Notes under the pieces: generated by a model
Told to the model about the DNA's origin: nothing
Databases searched by the model: none
What the model saw: only the letters and a program-made list of their open reading frames with translations
Shown here: positions 36,801-48,765 of the stretch, piece by piece
Layout: each line of letters starts with the position of its first letter
Numbering within the stretch: the stretch's first letter is position 1
NCBI GenBank assembly: GCA_964036045.1
Contig: OZ038378.1
Location: forward strand, 15,934,001 to 15,998,000
Length of the DNA: 64,000 bases
Direction of reading: 5' to 3'
From: Eutreptiella sp. 'Long Island Sound 2002'
Lineage: Eukaryota > Protista > Euglenida
Program-made: the position numbers and the translations under genes

Positions 36801-38732
36801 TTACTTTATTTTACCCATCATTTCTAAGGATTGTGGCGCAATTTTTCCCGTATTTTTTTTGGACATCAAGTTCAAGGTTTGTACCCTCTGCAGGGGGGGG
36901 GGGGGGGGCAAAAAAATTCGGCTGGGGGTCCTTTTTCCACCCACTACCCCATTCCGCTGGCAAGTGTACAGGACCCGAGCCCAAGGGGATCTGGGCCTCC
37001 TCCCGTTGCTTGTGTCTGATGCCCATGTCTGATGGTTGGACGGACCAGGATTTGATCGGTCTACAACGGGGAGGAGTGTGCCGTTGTGGCGGGGGGCCAC
37101 AAGCCAAGGCCGTCGGCAACAAGATCGCTGCTTTCGAGTTTGAGATTATTGGGGGCTAGCCAGAGAGTACCGCTGTCGCAGCGCGATGAGTGGCGGTGCC
37201 GTGATAAAATATGTGTGTGCGCCTCCTTCACATGGGCTGTGTACCTTGTGACAAGATGAATGTAAATTAAGGGGCATCGAGGTGGCCCGGTGCGAACGCT
37301 TCTACACACTCCATGAGTACAAGCTTCGTGGTTTGAGATGACAACCTGCGCATTCTGAGGCACAGAGGATTCCGCGATGGAGTTGTGCCTGTCACCCGGG
37401 GCTTGGCTTGGTTTCGCTTTGAGGTGGAGGAGCAGTAGTGCGCGTGTGTGCGTGCGTGTCCGCGCCGGGGTACGCCCAGTCAGGGGGGGGCGGACAGCAA
37501 AAACAGTCCAACAACCCCAGCAACAACCAGCACATCCTCAATACGCCAATTATTGGGCGCCGCTGACGCGCAAATGGCACATCATGCCACATTCAGCACA
37601 GCCCCAACACACCAACTACTGGGCTCCGCGAACGCGGAAACGACACCAGCAAGAGCACCGGCCGCAGCGGCTGACAGACAGCAGCGACCCGACGCAACAT
37701 GCGAAGGGAAGAACGGGTGCCTGTCCAGGGCCCCGTAAAGGAACAACAACCAGACGGAATGTCACAACGGGGGCTGGATACCCAGGCCGTCCCAGTGGAG
37801 ACCCAAAGCCGAAGCCGAAGCAACAGCCCCTGCCCCTGCTCTGTCCCTTGCAGATCACGTTCGTGGAGTACCTTGTGGAGCACCTGCAGAAGAAGGACCC
37901 CACGCTGCTGGATTTCCCGCAGGGCCTAAGTCTCTTGGCCCGTGCCCGGGGCAGCAGCATGCAGGACGTGCACGGGTGGCTGCAGGACATCAAACGGGAG
38001 ATGAAGACCCTGGAGACGCAGCTGCGCGTGGCCTCCGCCGCCGCGAGCCCTGACCCTGACGACGCGTTTGTTGAGGTCATGCAGCCGTTCCAGGGCACGG
38101 CCGCACGACTTTCGGAACAGGCGGAAGCACGCGCCGACGAGACCAATCAGGTGCGCGATGCCGCACAGGGGCCTGCTCTGCCTGGCGCCCCTCTCCCGCC
38201 CGTACCTGAGCCCAAGGAGGAGGTCTCGACACTCTTGCGCCACCGGCGCTGTGGCCTGTCGGTGGTGCACACCTTTTTGGATCCCAGACACCGCCCCCCC
38301 CCTCTTCTACTGCCCTAAGCGACGACCCATTCCGCAGAGAGCGGAAGCCTCGCGGGAGTTGGGCCCCTCTGTCTCCGTCTCTTCTCTGCCTCTTCCTCCT
38401 CTGATTCGCCCCCCGATTCCCTCTCTTCCTCTGCCACACCCTCTCCCTCGCCCGCCGCCCGCCGCTCCACCGCCTCTGCCTCGTTGCATTTACAGTTGCT
38501 CAAGGATCTGGCGCGGTACTTTGGCGAAACCGGGGGCACACTGGACACCGCTGCGTTCTTCGGAGGTCTGTGGGATTTCTGTGAGGATTTCGAGGTGGCG
38601 AAGCGCAAGCACGCCGCGGCTGCCGCAGCCGCGGCCGCGGCCGCGCCGGCAACCGGGTCCCCGCCGTCCCCGCCAAAGCAGGAGCCCAGCGTCGAGCGGG
38701 ACAAAGGCGGTCTGCAGGAGAAGGACGGTTGA
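27859..38732 (+). CDS. Multi-exon formin (NT-C2-like, 5x CUE/UBA-like, FH1, FH2), more than 1390 aa, 5' end unresolved. Exons 27859-28067, 30753-33662, 34176-34398, 35649-35962, 37854-38150, 38496-38732
   Basis: All five introns are GT-AG and the phases (0,0,1,0,0) give one continuous frame. FH2 motifs KNLYWQPI, RREQNVGIVLNYLK, ILDLGNVLNAG, GFRMGDLRKLKDLKS, TFVEYLV, LARYFGE. Polyproline FH1 at about 32990-33490. The first exon (C2 part) is less certain than the rest. Confidence 0.9.
29092..29563. mobile_element. AT-rich MITE-like element, TA-flanked, in the formin intron
   Basis: tttaaaaacgg motifs at the left end and repeated ccg/gcgttttaaattatgg motifs at the right end, with TA on both sides. 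The extreme termini match poorly. Confidence 0.45.
29613..29725. repeat. Near-perfect fold-back (about 45-50 bp stem, short loop), miniature TA-flanked element
   Basis: ggtaccctcaccccccccttgtgcag(C)n agg ... cct(G)n ctgcacaaggggggggtgaggggtacc. Confidence 0.85.
31161..32425 (+). other. Five CUE/UBA-like ubiquitin-binding repeats within the formin
   Basis: LKELFP..AIEHVL (about 31161), IHELFP..AEQAINLLL (about 31661), LRELFP..RNAAVGLIL (about 31917), LQYCFP..AERASELLL (about 32106), LREMFP..HNAAALAIF (about 32310). Each follows the L..(M)FP...I..AL...GD...A...LL pattern. Confidence 0.8.
34957..35161 (+). repeat. 205-bp dispersed repeat, copy 1 (formin intron)
   Basis: Matches 58487-58691 with three substitutions seen. 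Confidence 0.92.
37495..37773 (+). mobile_element. SINE-like dispersed repeat, 5'-truncated copy (formin intron)
   Basis: High similarity to 40715-40996. Flanked on both sides by gggggc. Confidence 0.8.
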
Positions 38733-40612
38733 CGCTGAGGTGCTGGGGGCTGCTGTTGTCACACGGGGGGGGGGGGGGGGCTGTCGACGCCCCCCGCCGC
38801 CTCCGTTGTTTGCACCGAAATGGAGTTGACTGACTGGCAGAGCTGCTTGATTGGCCTGACGTGCACAACGCTGTGTTGCCTGCATTGGCCTTGCACTACA
38901 GGAACTGTCCACAAGGAGGGACCCCCCCCCCCATACAGCGCTGAGGCATATCTGGGTCCCCGCTCTTGTGAAGGACGACTTACAGCCGCACACGTCTGGT
39001 CCCGTTTGGCAGTCGCTGTCTCAATGTCCGCTATTCGCTGATCCTCCAGTGCCTGTGTGCCCCGTCCACGTGGGCGTGGCTATGCGTAGGTGTGTGACGG
39101 TCAGACGTTTTTTTTCCTGCAATTTTAGGCTGACGAGACGTGAACACTCTGCCTGGGCATATCTGTGTGTCAGGGTTGTGGCGTGCACCCTGGGCACCGC
39201 GGAGCCCCCCGGGCGTTTCCCTGTGTACAGTGGCGAGGTGGGAGATGCTGATGATTGGCCTGCGGGGAGTGCCCCTGATGAGTAGCCACTCGGCGCCTGA
39301 AGCCTCACACGGACGGGGTGTGTTTCCGGGTGAGATGGGGTGTTGGGTGGTTGTGGTGTGTTTTCAGGGAAGAAATCTTCCGTGCCGCTCTGCTTTTGCG
39401 ATAGAGGTATGTGTGGCTCCGCGCTGCAGCCTGCGGGCAGCATGCTGACTGCCATCAACTGCCGTGCAGTCGGTTACTTGCCAACTGCCGTCGTGGAACC
39501 GCCAGCAGTTTCCCTCTACACGCCGAAGCACGCCTACTTGTGCTACAGCTGTGGGGGGAGCAGCCCCCCCTGCGTGGACCGATCCACGACTTGGGCTTTG
39601 AGGGGTCGGGTGTAGCGGGAGTCCCCAGGCCTAACACGCGAACCACTCCGCCCAATTTCTCGCCAGCCCTTTGGAAAAGTGGTTTTGGCCAAGGTGCTTC
39701 GACATTTTCAGGGTCTGCCCGCATTACGCACTCAATCTACACCCAAAGCCCAAAGAGCCCCCCAGGGCCTGTTCCCCCTTTCCTGCGACTACCCGTTCCC
39801 TGACCCTTTGTCTGCCTAACCCCCCCTCCCCTCCCCTGTGACCTGTCGGGAAGGACGTTGTTGCCCCCCCCCCCCCCCCCCCGTCCGTCATACACACACG
39901 CTGAGCACCCAAGCCATGGGCGGACGGACCGGGGGGTACTGCCTCCGCATGAGAGGGGGGGCCGGGAAGGGGGGCGCGACGGCTGAGGGGGGACGCCCTC
40001 AGTTACGGGACGCACCCGCCCGCACTGAGCCACATAGCTCCTTTCTGCAGTGCGCCCCCCCCCCCCCCCCCCCCCGAGAGACTGCCACGGTGCTTCTCTC
40101 CGTAACACGATAGAGACGTAGAGTTTCTGAGCCCGTTCCTCTGACCTGCCACATCACTGGGGCTGGCCCACAGAGGCAGGGCGGGGGTCACACCCCTCCT
40201 CATCCCGGCAACCAGCCCCCAGACGTAACAGGGCCCTCGTACCCCCATCCGCACACCCACAAGGACCTACATAATACCCCCTTTACTTGTCCAAGAGACG
40301 CCCTTGCCCAGCGTACAGCTCACATCCGGACCCGTGTTGTTTGGGGACTTGATGATACTTCGGTACCAAAATGCAGCGAAGCATCGACCTGCGGAGGTTG
40401 CCCTGCCCGAGGGCATGGCATCGCACTGCCTGCCCCATTCAGTGCCCTGAAGGCCCTGCTGTTGCGTCAGGCTTTCTTTGTCTGGAGCACGCGATGATTC
40501 ACTGTGTGCCTCATTTGCTGGGCCCCAACACGTGCAAGAGACCCCTCCCCCCGCCCGATGGACAGGGGGTGTGGGATAGAGGCCGTGTCATGGACAAAGG
40601 GGGGGGGGGCAT

Positions 40613-40988
40613 ATGGTGGACGGCCCGGACAGCGCGTGGAGGAACAGGGCACCTGGGCCGCACAGAAACACAGCGAGGCAGGCTATGGACGGCCTGTGGA
40701 CAGAGGCGCGTGGGCAGCAAAAACAGTCAAACGACCTCGGCAACAACCAGCACATCCTCAATACGCCAATTATTGGGCGCCGCTGACACGCAAACGGCAC
40801 ATCATGCCACATCCAGCACAGCCCCAACACACCAACTACTGGGCTCCGCGAACACGGAAACGACACCAACAAGAGCACCGGCCGCAGCGGCCGACAGAAA
40901 GCAGCGACCCGACGCAACATGTGAAGGGAAGAACGGGTGACCGTCCAGGGCCCCGTAAAGGAGCAACAACCAGACAGAATGTCACACA
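40613..40988 (+). mobile_element. SINE-like dispersed repeat, longer copy with apparent 11-bp TSD ggggggggcat
   Basis: Same core as 37495-37773. The direct repeat ggggggggcat lies at 40602-40612 and 40989-40999. Confidence 0.75.
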
Positions 40989-41395
40989 GGGGGGGGCATC
41001 CAGTGCCACGGGCGGTCGACCGACAGCTATCGTACACACGCCGGGCCTCGTCGTCTGCTACGAAGGCACGTTTTGGCGGTCGGTGGGTGCTGCTGCCGGG
41101 GGCATGTAAATGCCGGTGAGCCGTGTGCCCGTGTCTGGCGTGAGTTTGGGATGCAGTCCGCAGGGGACCGACCGGGGGTTGGCGTGTGCACGCAATGTGG
41201 ATTGGCATATCCCCGACAACCGAAACACGTGTATTGGCATGTGCCGGACGGCAGCCGGCATTGAAGGTGACGGCAGTCGGCACTCAACCGATGAGAGGGT
41301 GACCCACAGGGGGCGCATGGAATGGACGGGCACCGAAACGACAGAAGGGGCTGGCGTCTGACCCGGGGTGGCGGCGAGGACTATCGTGTCCCGAA

Positions 41396-41982
41396 CAGGC
41401 TTCGTTTATAAGAATTAAGTTGCAATGGGGGGGGGGGTCTGGGTGGGTGGGTCTTCAGCCGGGTGGGGGGGTCTAAAGCTCTGGACCCCCCGCACCTCTC
41501 TTATAATTCCGAGGGTTTCCTGGGTTGGGCTCCTGCCACACCTTCTTTCTTTGGTCACAGGAGCCTTGTCTGGCTGTTTGCTGGTGCCCCTTTCCGCTTT
41601 GTCGTTGTGCAGGTGGCAGGTGTGCAGGTGGCAGTTTTTCAGATGGGGGACCTTTTTTTTTAAAACATCTGAAACCTGTGGACCTTTTGGTGTACAAAAC
41701 TATCAGAGCTGGTTCGTAGCCCAGTTGTCAAGGTACATGACTGCAGTTCCAGTGATCCCTGGTTCAAACTCTGGGATTGTCCAGTTTTTGGTGTGTCACC
41801 CTTTGGGGTTGCCTAACACGGGAGAGCGGCTTGGCTTCAATTTGGTTCACAAAAAATGCTCCCCACAGATTTATAAGAGGGGGGGGGGGTTTGGGGGGGG
41901 TCAAAAGTTGGGTGGGTGGGTCCAAAGTTGGGTGGGTGGGTTTTGTCCAAAATACCCCCCCCCCTCTTATAAACGAAGCCTG
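41396..41982 (+). mobile_element. hAT-type MITE, 587 bp, 8-bp TSD gtcccgaa
   Basis: Perfect 18-bp TIR caggcttcgtttataaga. Perfect TSD at 41388-41395 and 41983-41990. Confidence 0.95.
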
Positions 41983-44900
41983 GTCCCGAACGACGGCTGT
42001 TGGCATGCGTCTGGCGTGGTTTTGTGGGCCACAACGGCCTGCAAGAGGCTTTTTTTGATCCGTGGCACACTATGCGCAGGTGCTTCAGGCACCATCCTGT
42101 CCACCAAGTCCCACGCACTCCTCGAGAGTCAGCCCGGGGGTCCCGTAAGTTCAACTCCTGGGGATTAGAAGGGGAGGGGGGCGTTGGAGGTCATGGTCCG
42201 CTGATGCTCAAATAAAAGTCAGGTTTCAACCCCCCAAAAAATAAACATGAGGTGTTTGAGTGTGAGTCCCAGACGTAGTGAAGTACACTGTGGCTTCTGT
42301 TGCTGCTACCCCCCCCCCCCGCCCCCCAAAAAAAGCAGAGCGAGCACTGGAACTCGGGCCGCAGATGGAAGGGGGGTGGGGTGGGGGTGGCACGGGCCAC
42401 CACTCTGCTGGTGGAGGTGGGCAGAACACCCGCGGCTGCGGTGTTGTGCCACAGAATTGCACATGAACTCGCAGTCTGAACGACGTGTGTACACAGTGCA
42501 GCCAGTGACTCAAACTTTGAATGTGAGATCCCTTGCTAATAGTTGTTGGCAGATTGCATTCTGTTTGTTGGTCATTTTGGCGCTGTGTATGGGAAATGGG
42601 TCCAAGTGCCTGAATGATAAAGCGGTCCGACCAAGTGGCATGTATCAAAGGCGTTGCCTTCGATACAACAGGTGTAGGCTACCTGAAGGAAACTGAGTGA
42701 GGGATGGTTTACTGAGGGCCGCAATTTTTGTTTGTTCAGCTACGTGGCAGCGATGGCGACAGCAGGTTCTGGTCAAGTGCTGAGCACAGGGCAACCGAAG
42801 TGCATTTTGTGGCATGTGTGCCCACAAATTCTACACCAATAGAACAGGGCATGGGATTGAACATGGCTGGGGGTAATGCACTCAAGGGAGGCACACCAGT
42901 GGATAAGGAAATGCAGAGCAGAACACAATGCGCACCTGGCAATGCTTCTGAGATGTACTCGAACACCTCAACCAAACCGGAGTCGTGGAGGGGGGTGGGG
43001 GTTGACTGGGCCTGCCCCGTGTATGCAACCCCTGTTAAACCCCCCCCCATCTGCCCCCCTGGTTTCATTGATAGTGGTCGACGGGACAATAGTGTTCACG
43101 CAGTGCACATGTAGTGCATGCAGTGTGGCATGCAGTGCAAAGTTTTATATGACAACCGGAACCCTAGTTTTGGACTTTTCCCAAAAGCTACTCGGTGTGT
43201 TGTGTGGAAAGTTAGTGGGTGCTGAGGGGTTTGGCCAACACAGTTGACACACAGTTGCTATGTGCACTTTTCGCTCCCTTTCTGCCCATTTGTACCCACT
43301 TTTACTAGTGGTCGGTGCAGATTGGAATATGGTAGGGAATTGACGTGACAACCAATACATTCATGGCGCTATGGCCGTATACAGCTCGTTCGCATGACAA
43401 GGCTGATTGGTGGGTTGAATACAATGCTCGGGTTGGTATTGATATCAGTCTCAAGGATACATGATCCCATATCGATCAAAAGATCATCCATTTGGAGAGA
43501 CCAAAATTTGTACCTGGTGGTGTTGCAAAAAAAAAAAATTGCTGTGCTCAATGAATTGGTGGTTTGGTTTAGTAGTGGGTTTCCTATCTGGTGGGTTTTG
43601 CCATACATGCATGCAGTGCGCACGCAGTGCAACAACATTGCCTGGGCGTCATGGTGCCAGTGGCCCAAAAAATGTTTTGCATGCCCGCAGCAAGTTTTCA
43701 GTTTTACCCAAATTGTAAATTGTGTATTCGCATGCTCAGGATCCAACATAGATTTGAACTATGGCAGAAGAACATGTTTGAGGCATACATCACATCTGTT
43801 CTACCATTTAAGGGGTAGCTGAGTTGGTCTGCATGCATGTTTCGCATGTGGCATTTCGTGGCTTTCATCCTGCTGAGGGCCATTGTTTGCTGTGCGTCAT
43901 TTGCATGGCTGGACGTTTTCTCTCTGTTTCCCCTCGCTTCTCCTACAAGCCTGCCACTCACCAAGTGTTCTAGGATTTGGGTTGTTGGGGCCCTGGGCCC
44001 ATGCCTGACCTTGACCTCAATCTGAACCCTGACGCTAGTGCAGAACGATTGCAGGTTTGGTGTGGAGGGTCTGATGTGTTTGCCCCCAGTCAATAACCCC
44101 CCCTTCCCCCACCAATCACCTGCACCCCAATACCCCCCATCCCCAGCACAGCCAGCTTTCTTCCCCCCCCTTCCCTAGGCCAGCACCCACACCGCCTCCA
44201 CGGCCTCCCCTCCCCACAGTTTTGACCGACAGTTGGAGGTTGGATCGCATTGGGACCAGATCCAGCCACCGCCCCATGCCTCATACACGCCTCATACACG
44301 CATTAAGGACGGGCAGAATAATGCCTGCCATTAAAATTATAAACGCCTGCAGACTGCAAACTGTAGAATGCTGTCTGCTTACTGCACGTCGATGTCTGGT
44401 TTCAACAAGGATTGAGGCCCTTGTGGGCCGATTCTGCTGCCTAATCTCTGGGTTGCACAATTTGGGTGACTGTATTGCAGCCTGTAGGTCGCTTGTGATG
44501 CATATCGTCAAGACCACTGGCTTCTCGTAGCCAATGATGCCGTGAACTACTGTTGATGCAATAAACACAAGAGTAACGCCGTGGGCGTGACCCCTCTTCT
44601 GTTTTAGACCGGCCAGGACCCTCGCCAGTCCCGAATGCAAGTTTCACTGAGTTGATGCACCGTCGCCAGTTTCAAGGGTACAGCAATATAATCAAGCATG
44701 TCCATGAATGGACACAACGAGTCTGGCAGCTTTTGCATTTGTGTGCAGTGTCTTGGCATGTCGGCTCGCCCAGTGGGGCCCCGCATATTGGGCAGGGAAG
44801 TGGTGACACCTACTACGGCCAGTGGCATTGTGCAGGTCATCACAGCAGGTTGGGAGAGGCTGGGTAATCACCACCCATTCTGCATGAATCACGATTGCAG

Positions 44901-47900
44901 GCCAAAGGGTGTTGTTGAGCACCAACGTGTCCCACATGAAAATTTAAGTCAGTGGTGTCAGATATGTTGGAATCCAGAACGGCGATCTGACGGATTTGTC
45001 TGCACTCTCCACCCTCTTGTGTCTGTACGATTTTTCAACCATGAATGATGCACTTCATTCTTTTATGATGTATTTTCATTTGGTGATATCTATCACCCAG
45101 CAACACATGAGGTTGTTGTCCTGCGACTGCACAAGAGGAGGTGGGCCTTGGGGGGGGGGGGGGGCTGGAGGTTTGCTTGGGTGTCCGATAATATGGCTGC
45201 CAGCACTGCGTAGCTGCGCAATCACCCATGCGTTTCCCAAAGCACCCATCCCCCTGGTAAAAAGGGGGAGCGAGACACACAGTGCGCACCGTGCATCTTT
45301 TTTATTTGGAAAATATACCTGACTATATTATTTTGCTTGGTTATTGCCCCCTGAGGTGCTGTGTTGCTGAGCTGTTACCCCATTTCACCCTAAATGCCCC
45401 GAGGGCTGCATTGTACTTGTTGTCCCTTGGTCTATAGCTCAGCAACATGATGTCATTGTCTTGGGGTCAAGCTGGTACCCCTGTCTTCTATCACTGCAGC
45501 AGTGCAAATGAGCGGGCTCCTGCTGTTGTTCTGGGGCCCTCGCAGCACCCTGGTGATTACCTACATACAAGGGTGAATGGGTACCCAGTGATTCATGATG
45601 CTGCTACACTTCACTGCCTCCAGTTCCACAATCGGAGCCCATCTCCATGACTCTCAACCTCTTCTACACTTGAACCTGATGAACAGCATGCTTTAGTCGA
45701 TGGTGGGTCACCGCCCCCACCCCAAACCTGATGGACAGCATGCTTCTGTGCCTGGACAGTCACGCACCACCCACCCTGAACCTGATGGACAGTGATAGAC
45801 GGTGAGAACATGATCAGATGCCCATTTGCTTGCTGTTTTCTTGGTGCCCTTGTTGCTATGTGGGGTGTTCCTGTGAGGGTCGAAAGCTGTGTACTTGCCC
45901 CAAAAGGTGCGCACCGGGCGTGCACCGTGCGCCTGTCACCCCCAAGGAGAGATACATCTCAATACAAATTCAAGCCAACAAATGGGAGACCATCTCGCCA
46001 GCCCACCCCTTGGTCCCAGAATGGTTGGACAGTCAGGAGGATACCCATGGTACGTTCAGCGGTTGTGTCTCTGGTGTGCCCTTGCATGAGGAAACGTCTG
46101 CCAGTTTAATTTGGTGCGTCGTTTCATTTGATAAGCCCCAAGTTTATTGTGTCCAACCAAAAAAGACAAGGGTGAACTGGTGCGTTACATAGTGTCAATT
46201 CAAGATTTTCTGCTTCATTGATGTTTGGGGTTGGATAGGATCTGCTGTCGTTGGGCAGCACACCTCAGCATGTCTCTCATTCTGTTTTGAGTTGGATGCC
46301 ATGCATGGGCGCTTAATGGGCACACCTTCATATGGGGCTCATTGATTTGAGGGCCTTCAATGAATTGGTTTTGGAAAGCACATCTCACCACGGAATGCAG
46401 TGATTCGGTGTTTAGGTGCCATGAATCGGTGCCGGGGCAGGTAGCGCGCCCATACATGCAGTTCTTTTTTTTGTGTGGTTGCAAAGATTTGGGGCTCGCA
46501 GAATGCATGCTGGTGAAACGGAGTTCCATCCTCGAGCAAGTGCCAATGGGGTTGCAGCCGCGTCTCATGCACAACAGAGCAAGGTGTGATAGGGGTCCAC
46601 ACCGTATGGATTTAGCACGTGGGCGTGCATTAGACGTGGGGCTCGGCTGAATGAATGAAGTCCACCGAGTTACCCCTGTTCTCTTTGTCCGCGCCAGCCC
46701 TTGTCTCAGCTCATGCCTCAAGGGGCGGTGTCATAATGCTCCCCCAGGGTACCAGCTGCTGGGCGCACGGCTAACCGCTCCAACACCTCAACGCTGTCCA
46801 TCCCGCACCTTGCGCGCACAAGGGGGAGGGGTTAGTGTCCTTTTCCTTGTTATGATGGTAAGCCGCAAAGCTGTATGCCGGTACCAGGAATTGTTTTTCT
46901 ACCCCCCCCCCCCTGAACACAAACACAAACCCTCTCAACGTACTCCGCCAACGAAAGACCTTGGGGGCAAGGCACGGGCAGTTCTGGGCGCACCGCACAC
47001 CGCGGCCACGAAGTCCATGACCCTCAGACTACTCCATGCCCCCATAGAAACCTGCCACCGACAACCTGCGCTCATAGACTATCTGGAAGCACCAAACCAC
47101 TTTCCACCAGCTGCCACCCCTACCCCGACCCTTCTACTTGAACATTGCACCCCTTTGATGCGCGCGCTCGACCAGTGCAGGTGCAGCGTGTGTCCTACCC
47201 TCAAACAACGTCATTTACTCACACATTGGGGAGCCAGACCGAGCACCTGCATACGGTGGTGCCACAAGATCTATGAAAATGCTTCCAATGCCACCCTCCA
47301 ACTATACACACGGGCGACACACACCATACGCACACACACATACACACAGATACACCATACCTCTATAGGAGACATGCCAGCTAGTTCCACTGCCTGACGC
47401 GACATAATCACCCTCTGGTTTGTGACCCAACTACATCTGTACCACTATGAATCCCCGACCACATATGCAACTGATTGAATAAGGGATGCTTCGTTGTAGT
47501 GCACTGCCATGCACCAGAATGCTCTACAGATGTTATTCCGGGACGCATGAGTCATCATGCGACTGAACTGTACTCTGCAGCACTGGTGTAGAGACCGGGC
47601 AATTAGCCCGAGCACCTTACTACGACTCAGCACAGGCCTAGCACAGGCCTGATGTTTCAAAAAAAAACCAGAGGGTACACCCATCACACAAGGGGATTGT
47701 GCAGGGCGCGACGTGCAACCCACAAACATCAGATACCATGCGTTACTGTTCTCAGCGTGATGCATCTGCATGTTGGTACAGCGCCATCCTGCTCACGACA
47801 GTGCAGTGTTGGTGGCTTTACAGACGCAAAACCAGGCCCATCCACTGCATTCCATGCCTTCCAGACATGCCAGACAGCACATGGCGAGCACAGCACAATA

Positions 47901-48065
47901 AATCACCCGACCCGAGAGCAACGCCCTTGTCAGAGCAACAGCAGGTGTTGTTTCCGCAACTTTTGGAACCATGTCCCACTTTGCCTTTTCATAAATGACC
48001 CCCCTTGTCAGAGCAACGGTAAGTAGTGTTTCCGGAAAATTATGGGATTTTGGTGTTGCTCTCCA

Positions 48066-48275
48066 GCCATTGAGGATTTCTCTGGGCCTATTGAGGATAC
48101 CTTTCGGCCCTTGAGGATTCTCTTTAGGCCATTGAGCATTCCTCTAAGCTATTTCAGATTCCTCTCAGCCATTGAGGACTCCCCTAGGCCATTGGGGATT
48201 CCTCTAGGGTATTGAGGATTCTTAGAAACCATTGAGGATTCGTGTGGACCCTTGAGAATGCCTCTAAGCCATGAG
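48066..48275. repeat. Degenerate minisatellite, about 21-bp unit (ccattgaggattcctctaggg), about 10 copies
   Basis: Periodic attgaggat motif seen directly. Confidence 0.8.
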
Positions 48276-48567
48276 CAAGGGGAGGAGGGGGGGGGGGGGG
48301 GCGGGGGGGCATTTTGATGCACAGTAGTTGAACAGGGCAGGTTGGGATAGACATCTAATTTCCCTCTGTGCAGCATCTCCTCCTTTCAACAGGGCTTTCC
48401 AGTAATTGTGCGGTCAGGACCACATGGGGGGCAGTAGGATGCACAGATGGAGACTGTCACTCTCCACTGCGAGCGGAACTGATGCCTCGTGGTGGCGCAC
48501 CTCTTTCCTGCCTTTCAGATGATGCGCTTCATGGCACTGTGCGAGGGCTAGCCACACGGCGTTTGGG

Positions 48568-48765
48568 ATGGTGGTCGTGTGTGTGCATCCAACACGAGCA
48601 GAAGTGGAAATTCCTTCGGCTTCCACATGCACAACGGTACTCCATGTCAAACAGATTCTGTCCAAGAAGACTGGTGTGGCCCTGCCCCACAGGCCCCCCT
48701 TTGTCACTCGTTTTCGCCTTCGTTTCTTAAATATGAGTACTGCCCCAAGGGAACGCCACCAATAG
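48568..48765 (+). pseudogene. Possible ubiquitin-like domain fragment
   Basis: EVEIPSASTCTTVLHVKQILSKKTGV...FRLRF loosely parallels ubiquitin [22 protein letters not shown]..QRLIF. No gene context found. Confidence 0.3.

Noticed and set aside
37377-37800. QHTNYWAPRTRKRHQQ-type ORFs at 37377 and 40371-41109
   Set aside because: Translations of the SINE-like repeat, open in several frames.
43369-43749. QMDDLLI as a reverse-transcriptase YxDD motif
   Set aside because: No Tyr/Phe at the first position and no other RT motifs nearby.
48066-48275. CRISPR-like array
   Set aside because: Contiguous degenerate units without unique spacers, in eukaryotic context with no cas genes.
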